A stretch of DNA of 40,450 bases from a virus (Duplodnaviria > Heunggongvirae > Uroviricota > Caudoviricetes), in IMG/VR virus record IMGVR_UViG_647533158_000004; one strand, written 5' to 3'. Positions 8,422 to 17,490 of this stretch are shown in pieces; within the stretch, counting starts at the first letter, position 1; every line of letters starts with the position of its first letter. Below the pieces are notes generated by a model. It saw only the letters and a list, made by a program, of their open reading frames with translations. It had not been told where the DNA came from and made no database searches. The translations under genes were made by a program, and so were the position numbers.

Positions 8422-9363
8422 ATGAGCACTAAATTAACCGGCTATGTATGGGATGGTTGCGCTGCATCAGGCATGAAGTTATCCAGCGTGGCAATTATGG
8501 CCCGCCTGGCTGATTTCAGTAATGACGAAGGTGTGTGCTGGCCATCAATTGAAACCATTGCCCGTCAGATTGGCGCGGGGATGAGTACCGTCAGAACGGC
8601 TATCGCACGGCTGGAAGCAGAAGGCTGGTTAACGCGTAAGGCGCGTCGCCAGGGTAACCGCAATGCGTCGAATGTTTATCAGCTTAACGTTGCGAAGCTT
8701 CAGGCAGCGGCATTTTCTCAACTGTCAGATTCTGACCCGTCAAAATCTGACGCATCAAAATCTGACCCGTCAAAATTTGATGCGTCGAAATCTGGCAAAA
8801 AAGCGGGTTTTCACCCGTCAGAATCTGGCGGGGATCCGTCAGTAAAATCAAAACATGATCCGTCAGATAAAAAACCTTCTCGTCCGGACGCTTCGCAACC
8901 GGACACGCAGACGGATGAACAGGATTTTTTAACTCGCCATCCTGATGCGGTTGTATTCAGCCCTAAAAAGCGCCAGTGGGGGACGCAGGATGATTTGACC
9001 TGCGCACAGTGGCTCTGGAAAAAAATCATCGCCCTGTACGAGCATGCCGCCGAATGTGACGGCGAGGTGGTTCGTCCCAAAGAACCGAACTGGACAGCCT
9101 GGGCAAACGAAATTCGCCTGATGTGTGTGCAGGATGGTCGTACTCATAAACAAATCTGCGAGATGTACAGCCGCGTCAGTCGCGATCCGTTCTGGTGCCG
9201 TAACGTGCTCAGCCCGTCGAAGCTGCGGGAAAAATGGGATGAGCTTTCCCTGCGCTTATCGCCGTCCGTCAGCACGTACACCGAAAAACGCGAAGACCCG
9301 TACTTCAAAGCCAGTTACGACAACGTGGACTACAGCCAGATCCCAGCAGGATTCAGGGGGTGA
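8422..9363 (+). CDS. Replication initiation protein (O-like, N-terminal winged HTH)
   Basis: 313 aa; HTH N-terminus, low-complexity linker encoded by tandem DNA repeats, conserved C-terminal domain. Confidence 0.8.
   Translation: MSTKLTGYVWDGCAASGMKLSSVAIMARLADFSNDEGVCWPSIETIARQIGAGMSTVRTAIARLEAEGWLTRKARRQGNRNASNVYQLNVAKLQAAAFSQLSDSDPSKSDASKSDPSKFDASKSGKKAGFHPSESGGDPSVKSKHDPSDKKPSRPDASQPDTQTDEQDFLTRHPDAVVFSPKKRQWGTQDDLTCAQWLWKKIIALYEHAAECDGEVVRPKEPNWTAWANEIRLMCVQDGRTHKQICEMYSRVSRDPFWCRNVLSPSKLREKWDELSLRLSPSVSTYTEKREDPYFKASYDNVDYSQIPAGFRG
8722..8875 (+). repeat. Iteron-like tandem repeats inside the initiator gene (putative origin)
   Basis: About eight degenerate ~15-bp units (CCGTCAAAATCTGAC-like) in tandem, followed by A-rich sequence. 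Confidence 0.55.
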
Positions 9364-9854
9364 TTATGAGTCTTTTGAATGATGTTCAGAAATTCATTGA
9401 AGCCCATCCGGGGTGTACTTCCGGAGACATTGCGGATGCTTTTGCAGGTTACTCACGGCAGCGCGTTCTGCAGTCAGCAAGCAAGTTACGTCAGAGTGGG
9501 CGTGTGGCTCACCGTTGTGAAGGAGATACACGCAGACATTTCCCGCGCCTGACTGAGAGAGCGCAGGAGTCGGAACCACAACCAGTTCGTGAAACCAGAC
9601 CTGTGCGCAATTTCTATGTCGGCACTAACGATCCCCGGGTGATTTTGTGCCTGACCCGCCAGGCGGAAGAACTGGAGTCCAGGGGCTTATACCGTCGTGC
9701 TGCAACGGTGTGGATGGCGGCATTCCGTGAAAGCCACTCCCAGCCAGAACGAAACAATTTTCTGGCGCGTCGTGAGCAGTGTTTACGGAAAAGCAGCAAG
9801 CGCGCTGTATCGGGTGATGAGTGGTATCTGTCAGGGAATTACGTGGGGGCTTAA
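9360..9854 (+). CDS. Hypothetical protein in replication module
   Basis: 164-aa ORF overlapping the stops/starts of both flanking genes; N-terminus looks like a winged helix. Confidence 0.6.
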   Translation: MIMSLLNDVQKFIEAHPGCTSGDIADAFAGYSRQRVLQSASKLRQSGRVAHRCEGDTRRHFPRLTERAQESEPQPVRETRPVRNFYVGTNDPRVILCLTRQAEELESRGLYRRAATVWMAAFRESHSQPERNNFLARREQCLRKSSKRAVSGDEWYLSGNYVGA

Positions 9855-10507
9855 TGAGTAATAAATATTGCCAGGAGCTGGTGGAACTGCGGAACAAACC
9901 AGCCCATGAACTGAAGGAAGTGGGTGATCAGTGGCGCACGCCGGACAACATTTTCTGGGGAATTAACACCCTGTTTGGCCCGTTTGTTCTGGATCTGTTC
10001 ACTGACGGTGATAACGCCAAATGTGCCGCGTATTACACGGCGGAAGACAACGCGCTGGCGCATGACTGGTCAGAACGCCTTGCGGAGCTTAAAGGTGCTG
10101 CCTTTGGTAATCCTCCATACAGCCGCGCCAGTCAGCATGAGGGGCAATACATCACCGGCATGCGTTACATCATGAAACATGCCAGTGCCATGCGTGATAA
10201 GGGCGGGCGCTATGTTTTCCTGATCAAAGCTGCCACCAGCGAAGTGTGGTGGCCGGAAGATGCAGATCATATTGCTTTTATTCGCGGGCGTATTGGTTTT
10301 GAACTGCCTGTCTGGTTTATCCCGAAAGACGAGAAGCAGATACCGACAGGAGCTTTTTTCTCTGGTGCTATTGCTGTTTTTGACAAGACCTGGAAGGGAC
10401 CGGCAATCAGCTACATCGGGCGCGATGAACTTGAGGCATGTGGTGAGGCCTTTCTGGCGCAGGTTCGCCAGCAGGCGGAAAAACTGGTCAGGGAGATGGT
10501 GGCATGA
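9854..10507 (+). CDS. Phage N6-adenine DNA methyltransferase (Dam-like, orphan)
   Basis: FGNPPYS catalytic motif; ATG 9854 overlaps upstream stop (TAATG). Confidence 0.85.
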   Translation: MSNKYCQELVELRNKPAHELKEVGDQWRTPDNIFWGINTLFGPFVLDLFTDGDNAKCAAYYTAEDNALAHDWSERLAELKGAAFGNPPYSRASQHEGQYITGMRYIMKHASAMRDKGGRYVFLIKAATSEVWWPEDADHIAFIRGRIGFELPVWFIPKDEKQIPTGAFFSGAIAVFDKTWKGPAISYIGRDELEACGEAFLAQVRQQAEKLVREMVA

Positions 10508-10830
10508 CGACATTAACTCAATGCCAGCAGCAGGTGCTGGATATGCTGATTTCTTACCAGAAAGAACGAGGCTTCCCGCCAACCAATCAGGAGGTGGCAA
10601 CCATGCTGGGATACCGTTCAGTGAATGCAGCGGTGGAGCATCTTCGCGCACTGGAGAAAAAAGGCGTCATCACGATAAAGCGTGGCGTGGCCCGGGGGAT
10701 AACGCTTCATACCGCGGTGAAGGACGACGACAGCGAGGCTGTCTGGATTATCCGCTCACTGCTTGCCGGTGAGGAAAACGCCAGGCTGCGTGCAACCCAC
10801 TGGTTACATGAGAGAGGCCTGAAAGTATGA
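10504..10830 (+). CDS. LexA-N-terminal-like winged-helix DNA-binding protein
   Basis: 108 aa; resembles the LexA DNA-binding domain without a peptidase domain. Confidence 0.55.
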   Translation: MTTLTQCQQQVLDMLISYQKERGFPPTNQEVATMLGYRSVNAAVEHLRALEKKGVITIKRGVARGITLHTAVKDDDSEAVWIIRSLLAGEENARLRATHWLHERGLKV

Positions 10831-11216
10831 AACTGATCCTGCCTTTCCCGCCCAGCGTGAATACGTACTGGCGACACCCTAACAAAGGGGCGTTTGCTGG
10901 TAAAAGCCTGATAAGCGCGGCGGGGCGCAAATTCCAGAGCGCGGCGTGCGCAGCAATAGTTGAGCAGTTACGTCGTCTTCCGAAACCAACGTCGGCACCT
11001 GCTTCAGTGGAGATCGTGTTGTTTCCTCCGGATAACCGGATCCGCGATCTGGACAACTATAACAAGGCGCTGTTTGACGCCCTGACCCACGCGGGTGTGT
11101 GGGAAGACGACAGTCAGGTGAAAAGAATGCTGGTGGAGTGGGGACCGGTTATCCCGGAAGGGAAGGTCGAGATCACTATCAGTAAGTACGAGAAAACGGC
11201 GGGTGCAGCCGCCTGA
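10827..11216 (+). CDS. rusA: Holliday junction resolvase RusA
   Basis: 129 aa; LPFPPSVNTYW ... DLDNYNKALFDALT matches the RusA family. Confidence 0.9.
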   Translation: MKLILPFPPSVNTYWRHPNKGAFAGKSLISAAGRKFQSAACAAIVEQLRRLPKPTSAPASVEIVLFPPDNRIRDLDNYNKALFDALTHAGVWEDDSQVKRMLVEWGPVIPEGKVEITISKYEKTAGAAA

Positions 11217-11235
11217 TCAAGAGGAGAAACGAAGT

Positions 11236-12045
11236 ATGAATAATCTGATGGTCATTGATGGTATTGAAGTTCGTCGTGATGCTTATGGGCGTTACAGCCT
11301 GAACGATCTGCACAGGGCAGCCGGGGGAGAACAAAAAAACCGCCCGAAATACTGGCTCTCCAATAAGCAAACCTGTGAATTGATTGAACAACTTTTCACC
11401 GAGGGTGGAATTCCGCCTATGGAACAAAATCAACCAGTTAGCGTCATTAATGGCGGAAATAACCAGGGGACGTATGTCTGCAAAGAACTGGTGTATGCCT
11501 ATGCAATGTGGATCAGCTCGTCATTCCATCTGAAGGTGATCCGTACTTTCGATATGGTAACCAGCGCACCGGAAAAATTATCTGGGCAGGCTGCTGACAA
11601 GATGCAGGCTGGTGTGATCCTGCTGGACTTTATGCGCCGGGAATTAAACCTGTCTAACTCATCAGTGCTTGGTGCCTGTCAGAAACTCCAGGAGGCTGTT
11701 GGCTTACCGAATCTGGCACCGCGCTATGCCATTGATGCTCCTGCTGACGCGCCTGATGGCTCAAGTCGCCCCACGCTGTCGCTGAGTGCACTGCTGAAAC
11801 AGTATGGTATCCGCCTGACGGCTAATCAGGCATATCACCAGATGGTGAAGCTGGGGATCGTTGAACAACGCGAACGATACAGCCGTACCGCGATTAACAA
11901 CATCAAAAAATTCTGGTCGCTGACGGCGAAAGGCTGCATGTTCGGCAAGAACATCACCAGTCCCGCAAATCCGCGCGAGACGCAGCCGCATTTCTTCGAA
12001 TCCCGATTCCCCGAGCTGTTAAAGTTGCTCGATACCGTTCATTGA
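11236..12045 (+). CDS. KilA-N domain protein (antirepressor-like)
   Basis: GAGGAG RBS then ATG at 11236; N-terminal KilA-N-like region (VIDGIEVRRDAYGRYSLNDLHRAAGG). Confidence 0.75.
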   Translation: MNNLMVIDGIEVRRDAYGRYSLNDLHRAAGGEQKNRPKYWLSNKQTCELIEQLFTEGGIPPMEQNQPVSVINGGNNQGTYVCKELVYAYAMWISSSFHLKVIRTFDMVTSAPEKLSGQAADKMQAGVILLDFMRRELNLSNSSVLGACQKLQEAVGLPNLAPRYAIDAPADAPDGSSRPTLSLSALLKQYGIRLTANQAYHQMVKLGIVEQRERYSRTAINNIKKFWSLTAKGCMFGKNITSPANPRETQPHFFESRFPELLKLLDTVH

Positions 12046-12046
12046 G

Positions 12047-13042
12047 GTGACTGTGAGAGCACTACTGACCCCTGAAATTGCCCCGCGTATGGGGATCGTA
12101 TTGTTCAGGCCCGGTTCAGAGCTGATGCCCCTGTTTATGCAGGGGCGTGTCCTGCTGGAGCCTGAGCCGGAACGTTATTCATCTTTCGCCAGTGGTGCCG
12201 TTCCCGCGGCATCACAACCGCTGGCGGATGATCCTGCCGTTCGGGCCGTGTTCCGCAATGAGGCAGTGATCCGTCGTGCTGGTGGGGTGGAATGTCTTGA
12301 AAGCTGGTTACTTCGTGAAAAAGGCTGCCAGTGGCCTCATTCCGACTGGCACAGCGAGAACATGACCACAATGCGGCACGCTCCGGGCGCAATCCGTCTC
12401 TGCTGGCACTGCGATAACCAGCTGCGCGATCAGTTCACGGAACGGCTGGAATCAATGGCAACGGATAACTGTGCCCGTTGGGTGTTGTCTGTTGTGCGTC
12501 GGGATCTCGGTTTTGATGATAGTCACGTTGTGACAATGCCGGAACTGTGCTGGTGGCTGATTCGTAATGACCTGGCGGATGCCTTACCGGAAAGTGCAGC
12601 CCGTAAGGCACTGAGATTACCGAAGCCTGTTGTGCCGTCTGTCACCCGGGAAAGTGACCTTGTGCCTTCGGTTCCTGCCACCAGCATTATCCAGGATAAA
12701 GCGAAAAAGGTGCTGGCGCTGAAAGTGGATCCGGAGTCGCCGGAGTCTTTTATGTTACGCCCAAAACGTCGCCGCTGGGTTAATGAAAAGTACACGCGCT
12801 GGGTTAAGACACAGCCGTGTGCATGTTGTGGAAAGCTTGCTGATGATCCCCACCACCTGATAGGCCACGGTCAGGGGGGAATGGGTACAAAAGCGCATGA
12901 CCTCTTTGTGTTGCCTTTGTGCAGAAAGCATCACGACGAGCTGCATGCGGATACCGTGGCATTTGAAGAGATGTATGGCTCCCAGTTGGAGCTGATATTT
13001 CGTTTTATCGATCGTGCGCTGGCAATAGGCGTACTGGCGTAA
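12047..13042 (+). CDS. DUF968 family protein with C-terminal HNH-like Cys/His motif
   Basis: C-terminus CACCGK ... DPHHL ... CRKHHDELH; typical nin-region gene. Confidence 0.75.
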   Translation: MTVRALLTPEIAPRMGIVLFRPGSELMPLFMQGRVLLEPEPERYSSFASGAVPAASQPLADDPAVRAVFRNEAVIRRAGGVECLESWLLREKGCQWPHSDWHSENMTTMRHAPGAIRLCWHCDNQLRDQFTERLESMATDNCARWVLSVVRRDLGFDDSHVVTMPELCWWLIRNDLADALPESAARKALRLPKPVVPSVTRESDLVPSVPATSIIQDKAKKVLALKVDPESPESFMLRPKRRRWVNEKYTRWVKTQPCACCGKLADDPHHLIGHGQGGMGTKAHDLFVLPLCRKHHDELHADTVAFEEMYGSQLELIFRFIDRALAIGVLA

Positions 13043-13055
13043 GTGGAGAACGAGC

Positions 13056-13808
13056 ATGAACCTTGAAGCCTTACCAAAATATTACTCCCCAAAATCTCCA
13101 AAATTGAGTGATGACGCACCGGCGACAGGCTCAGGTGGTTTAACGATTACGGATGTGATGGCTGCACAGGGGATGGTGCAGTCGAAAGCACCGCTTGGGT
13201 TTACCTTATTCCTGGCAAAAGTTGGCGTTCAGGATCCTCAGTTTGCGATTGAAGGTCTGCTCAATTACGCGATGGCACTGGATAACCCGACATTGAACAA
13301 ATTGAGTGAAGAAATCCGGTTACAGATCATCCCTTACCTTGTGAATTTTGCCTTTGCTGATTATTCCAGGTCTGCGGCAAGTAAGGCTCGCTGTGAGCAT
13401 TGTGCTGGTACTGGATTTCATAATGTATTGCGCGAGGTGGTGAAACAATCCAGAAGCGGGGAATCTGTTATCAAGGAAGAGTGGGTAAAGGAACTATGTC
13501 AGCATTGTCATGGTAAGGGAGAAGTCAGCACAGCGTGCAGAGGGTGTAAGGGTAAAGGTATTGTCCTGGATGAAAAAAGGACCCGGCTTCATGGCACGCC
13601 TGTTTATAAGATTTGTGGGCGTTGCAATGGAAACCGGTTTAGCCGTTTACCAACCACACTGGCGCGGCATCATGTCCAGAAGCTGGTACCAGACCTGACG
13701 GATTATCAGTGGTACAAAGGATATGCAGATGTCATTGATAAACTGGTTACAAAGTGCTGGCAGGAAGAAGCATATGCTGAGACACAATTGAGGAGAGTGA
13801 CAAGATAA
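13056..13808 (+). CDS. Q: Late gene antiterminator Q
   Basis: 250 aa with Cys-rich zinc-binding motifs (CEHCAGTG, CQHCHGKG, CRGCKGKG, CGRCNG); followed by promoter-plus-terminator arrangement. Confidence 0.8.
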   Translation: MNLEALPKYYSPKSPKLSDDAPATGSGGLTITDVMAAQGMVQSKAPLGFTLFLAKVGVQDPQFAIEGLLNYAMALDNPTLNKLSEEIRLQIIPYLVNFAFADYSRSAASKARCEHCAGTGFHNVLREVVKQSRSGESVIKEEWVKELCQHCHGKGEVSTACRGCKGKGIVLDEKRTRLHGTPVYKICGRCNGNRFSRLPTTLARHHVQKLVPDLTDYQWYKGYADVIDKLVTKCWQEEAYAETQLRRVTR

Positions 13809-13839
13809 ATGATTTTCGCCGAAGATGGCGACATGATTC

Positions 13840-13876
13840 TTGCATTTTTCAAAAAATATGGTTAGGATTATCCTAA
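13840..13876 (+). promoter_or_regulatory. Candidate late promoter PR' with overlapping 15-bp perfect palindrome
   Basis: TTGCAT (13840-13845), 17-bp spacer, TAGGAT; palindrome TTAGGATTATCCTAA at 13862-13876. Confidence 0.35.
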
Positions 13877-13916
13877 CGATGGGCTTTGTGTGTCTACCGT
13901 TGATAATCTTCTTGAA

Positions 13917-13940
13917 CCCGCCATCGAGCGGGTTTTTTTT
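13917..13940 (+). terminator. Rho-independent terminator (tR'-like)
   Basis: CCCGC-CATCGA-GCGGG hairpin followed by eight T. Confidence 0.75.
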
Positions 13941-14011
13941 GTGCTCAAATTTCGAATAATGATTTGGTTATGCTATGTATTTATTTCCTTACTTACTGAG
14001 GGAGTGATGCA

Positions 14012-14191
14012 ATGAGCAATACAAGATGTAGTAATGAAAGTTGCAATAAAGAGTTTATTTATTGGGAGCACAGTGGAGGCTATCCAGGAGGAAAGGATAA
14101 AGAGCCAATTATTTGCCCTTACTGTGGCCACACAAACGGTTATGAAATGACCAGTGGATTGATTTCCAGTAAAAAAATAGAAGAACAGTAG
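14012..14191 (+). CDS. Small zinc-ribbon protein (59 aa) between tR' and lysis genes
   Basis: GAGGGAG RBS; CSNESC ... CPYCGH motifs; below the ORF-track length cutoff. Confidence 0.5.
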   Translation: MSNTRCSNESCNKEFIYWEHSGGYPGGKDKEPIICPYCGHTNGYEMTSGLISSKKIEEQ

Positions 14192-14414
14192 TATTCATAT
14201 CTGTCTAGCCCTGGTATTTGCTGGGGCTTTTTGTTGCCTTCGCCTGATGAATTGACATTGCTTAACCCTCTGTTGTCAGCCATATGCTGGCTTTTTTATT
14301 CAAGGCTTGCGGGGAGCATCAACTCCGTGCTTTGTCGTTAAATTAACCCGTGAGCCTGCATTCTGACATTTAACGTCCCGGCCTTTTGTCGGCGGCGAAA
14401 CATTGGCTATTCAT

Positions 14415-14720
14415 ATGCACGAAAAAGAGAGCCTTGCCGGAGCGTTCTGGCTCGTTTTGCTGATCATTGCAGGTTGGGGCGGTCTGGTCCGCTACCTGAT
14501 AGATGTGAAGCAGAGTAAAGCAACGTGGAGTTGGATAAATGCTCTGGCTCAAATAGTGGTATCAGGATTCACCGGTGTTATTGGTGGCCTGATTAGCATC
14601 GAAAGTGGATTCAGTATTTACATGATTCTCGCGACAGCGGGGATTAGCGGTGCGATGGGGTCGGTTGCACTGACGTACTTCTGGGAACGACTGACAGGGG
14701 TGAAAAATGCAAAATCTTAA
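14415..14720 (+). CDS. Holin
   Basis: Small protein with hydrophobic helices and charged C-terminus, immediately upstream of and overlapping the endolysin; start uncertain (14403 or 14415). Confidence 0.7.
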   Translation: MHEKESLAGAFWLVLLIIAGWGGLVRYLIDVKQSKATWSWINALAQIVVSGFTGVIGGLISIESGFSIYMILATAGISGAMGSVALTYFWERLTGVKNAKS

Positions 14721-15183
14721 TCCTCAGCGTAAAGCTTTCCTCGATATGGTGGCATGGTCAGAAGGAACGGATAACGGGCGACAACCGACACGTAACCACG
14801 GTTATGATGTTATTGTCGGTGGAGAACTCTTCACTGATTACTCCGATCACCCTCGCAAGCTTGTCACGCTAAACCCCAAACTCAAATCAACAGCAGCCGG
14901 ACGTTATCAGCTTCTTTCACGCTGGTGGGATGCTTACCGTAAGCAGCTTGGCCTGAAAGACTTCTCCCCCAAAAGCCAGGACGCAGTGGCATTGCAGCAG
15001 ATTAAAGAACGTGGCGCTTTACCGATGATTGATCGCGGTGATATCCGTCAGGCAATCGACCGTTGCAGCAATATCTGGGCTTCACTGCCGGGGGCTGGTT
15101 ATGGTCAGTTCGAGCATAAGGCTGACAACCTGATTGCAAAATTCAAAGAAGCTGGCGGAATGGTCAGAGAGATTGAGGTATGA
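14707..15183 (+). CDS. R: Endolysin, lambda R family (lytic transglycosylase)
   Basis: Near-identical to lambda R over most of its length (NQRKAFLDM ... [10 protein letters not shown] ... [10 protein letters not shown]). Confidence 0.95.
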   Translation: MQNLNPQRKAFLDMVAWSEGTDNGRQPTRNHGYDVIVGGELFTDYSDHPRKLVTLNPKLKSTAAGRYQLLSRWWDAYRKQLGLKDFSPKSQDAVALQQIKERGALPMIDRGDIRQAIDRCSNIWASLPGAGYGQFEHKADNLIAKFKEAGGMVREIEV

Positions 15184-15617
15184 GCAGAGTAACCGCGATT
15201 ATCTCCGCTCTGGTTATCTGCATCATCGTCTGCCTGTCATGGGCGGTTAATCATTACCGTGATAACGCCATTACCTACAAAGAGCAGCGCGATAAGGCCA
15301 CATCCACAATCGCTGACATGCAGAAGCGTCAACATGATGTAGCAGAACTCGATGCCAGATATACAAAGGAGCTTGCTGATGCTAACGCGACTATCGAAAG
15401 TCTCCGTGATGATGTTTCTGCTGGGCGTAAGCGGCTGCAAGTCGCCGCCACCTGTGCAAAGTCAACGACCGGAGCCAGCAGCATGGGCGATGGAGAAAGC
15501 CCAAGACTTACAGCAGATGCTGAACTCAATTATTACCGCCTCCGAAGTGGAATCGACAAGATAACTGCACAGGTTAATTACCTACAGGAATACATCAGAA
15601 CTCAATGCCTGGATTAA
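15180..15617 (+). CDS. Rz: Spanin inner-membrane subunit Rz
   Basis: N-terminus identical to lambda Rz ([34 protein letters not shown]). Confidence 0.9.
   Translation: MSRVTAIISALVICIIVCLSWAVNHYRDNAITYKEQRDKATSTIADMQKRQHDVAELDARYTKELADANATIESLRDDVSAGRKRLQVAATCAKSTTGASSMGDGESPRLTADAELNYYRLRSGIDKITAQVNYLQEYIRTQCLD
15379..15564 (+). CDS. Rz1: Spanin outer-membrane lipoprotein Rz1, embedded in Rz in the +1 frame
   Basis: AGGAG then ATG at 15379; signal peptide with lipobox LLGVSGC; proline-rich mature part. Confidence 0.8.
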   Translation: MLTRLSKVSVMMFLLGVSGCKSPPPVQSQRPEPAAWAMEKAQDLQQMLNSIITASEVESTR

Positions 15618-16369
15618 CAGGGGCGGATTGAACGATAGCTTTTTTCGAATTGTTATTCCTAGCACATTCTGTTCAATCTGCTGAGATCTACTCTGATGTG
15701 GGAGCACAATGGGTATCGAAATGATTATCTTGCTAGCTGCTGCGTTTAGCACTGCTACCGCTAGGGTATTCGGTCTAGGATATTCATACGGTACTAGCGA
15801 AGTACAAATGAACGCTGATCAGAAGCGTTACGAATAGGAGGACTCAACATCTAGGCTATAGCAGAGCGCTGGATATAAGCAACGAAAGATACCAACAAGG
15901 TATAGCAAACTGTTAATCATATGTCTGATAGTGGCGTTGATCACGAACTGCGCACAAGTAGGACATGCAAGGTTGAGTTAATTGACACAGGGCGGGACCG
16001 GGTGAGACCTATCTGTGCGGCTGTTGATTACTTGGATGAGCTCGATAAGTAGTCAAAGAAAAATATACAGGCATACAGCAAAGTATGGATGGCAGCTGTA
16101 GATAATTGTCTGAAAATATGGTTCTTAGTTAAGTGATAATGAACTTTTAAAAAAGTTAAGCATCCTACATATGTGATGTGGGTGATAGTTGTTTGTTAGC
16201 TGTTGGGACACAACATATAGAAAGTTGAGGAGAATAATGCCTTGTTGTGCAAAAAAAGCTTGATTTGCAAGTGAGAAATATGGCTAATGGAAGAAGAGAT
16301 GTAGTAAGTGGATGTTTTATTTTGTTATTTATAGCTGTAGAATTTACCTAAAATCATAACCGCGGCTGG
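15618..16369. other. AT-rich, CTAG-rich non-coding leader of an accessory island
   Basis: ~750 bp with no ORF of 60 aa or more; at least six CTAG tetramers between 15659 and 15855, unusual for enterobacterial DNA. Confidence 0.5.
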
Positions 16370-16756
16370 ATGATAATGGGTAAGTCAAAGGGCAAAGGTG
16401 GAAAATCAGGTAAAGGGCAACATTCAGTAAGTTTTGCTCAGGCATGGCGAGATGTGATGCTCAAAGCCATGACAACCGGTCAACTAGTGCCTATAACTAT
16501 AAGTATTGTACTGATGATTGCAGCTTGGCGCATGCCATCAGAGGAATTAGGAATACTAGCGCATCGAATTATTGACGGCTTAGCAGATCACTCTCTAATT
16601 GGGTATGGACTTTGTGTCATTGTTATCCTAGCGTGGTCTTGGCATGCAAGTATGATGCGCAGATGTTTTAGCGTGGAAGCTCGTCGTATTGGAGCAGAAA
16701 AAACTCTGCATCAACAGGCGAGAACACAAGTGCCACTGGGATCAAGCGACAATTAA
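16370..16756 (+). CDS. Small membrane protein (128 aa, Lys/Gly-rich N-terminus, two predicted TM helices)
   Basis: MIMGKSKGKGGKSGKG then two hydrophobic segments; AT-rich. Confidence 0.6.
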   Translation: MIMGKSKGKGGKSGKGQHSVSFAQAWRDVMLKAMTTGQLVPITISIVLMIAAWRMPSEELGILAHRIIDGLADHSLIGYGLCVIVILAWSWHASMMRRCFSVEARRIGAEKTLHQQARTQVPLGSSDN

Positions 16757-16772
16757 TCCCTAAGGAGAAACT

Positions 16773-17351
16773 ATGCTGACAGTGCTTTTTTATGTGCTGT
16801 TATGTATGGCAGCAGTGCATTTTATTTACGAAAGGATACTACTTCCATCTGTTCGTTTGCATTACCGCAATAAGCTTTTTGAACTGAGAGATATAGTTAG
16901 AAATCAAATAATTTCGAATAAAAGTAAAGATGATGTACAAGCGGCTGAGCTTGTACATGAGGCCTTAAACAACGCAATCAATCGTTTGCACCTTATGACT
17001 TTGCCCAACAGAGTGAGGGCTCAAAGGCGGCTCAGTGCTAATCCAGAGATACAGGCAAGGATCAAACGTGAGGTTGAACTTTTTCAGAAATGTGATAACG
17101 GGAAGTTAATAGCAACGATACGAGAATCAGCTAAAATCTTGGATAAGGTTTTGCTTTTCAATAGTTTAATGTTGATTATATATTCTCTTCCAATTATGTT
17201 AACAATTTGGTCTGTGGCAAAAGTTCTGCAAACAGCCAACCAATTTTTAGAGTTACTCACTGAAAAACAAAGCCTAGAGCAGGCTGTTTTACTTCTTCCT
17301 GATAGACAGGTTGCAAAGCTTGTTGCAGAAGAAAATTATGCATATGCATGA
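16773..17351 (+). CDS. Membrane protein (192 aa, N- and C-terminal TM helices, charged helical middle)
   Basis: Strong AAGGAG RBS; followed by tandem terminators. Confidence 0.7.
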   Translation: MLTVLFYVLLCMAAVHFIYERILLPSVRLHYRNKLFELRDIVRNQIISNKSKDDVQAAELVHEALNNAINRLHLMTLPNRVRAQRRLSANPEIQARIKREVELFQKCDNGKLIATIRESAKILDKVLLFNSLMLIIYSLPIMLTIWSVAKVLQTANQFLELLTEKQSLEQAVLLLPDRQVAKLVAEENYAYA

Positions 17352-17354
17352 TGT

Positions 17355-17382
17355 AAAAACCGCCTTCGGGCGGTTTTTTATT
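17355..17382. terminator. Bidirectional rho-independent terminator
   Basis: AAAAACCGCC-TTCG-GGCGGTTTTTT. Confidence 0.75.
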
Positions 17383-17432
17383 GCTTGTCCAATGGACGGA
17401 ATCGCCTCTATATTTCCCTTCATGGGATAGAC

Positions 17433-17460
17433 TGAGCCTCGCTGATGCGAGGCTTTTTTA
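17433..17460 (+). terminator. Second rho-independent terminator
   Basis: AGCCTCG-CTGATG-CGAGGCT hairpin followed by TTTTTT. Confidence 0.6.
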
Positions 17461-17490
17461 TGCATTGATAAGCGTAAAGAGAGTCGATTA

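Noticed and set aside
8722-8875. Tandem repeats as a possible CRISPR array
   Set aside because: Units are ~15 bp, degenerate, contiguous without spacers, and lie inside a coding sequence; they fit iterons, not CRISPR.
13941-14400. Shiga-toxin-like cargo between Q and the lysis genes
   Set aside because: The slot holds only a 59-aa zinc-ribbon ORF and hairpins; nothing resembles an AB5 toxin operon.
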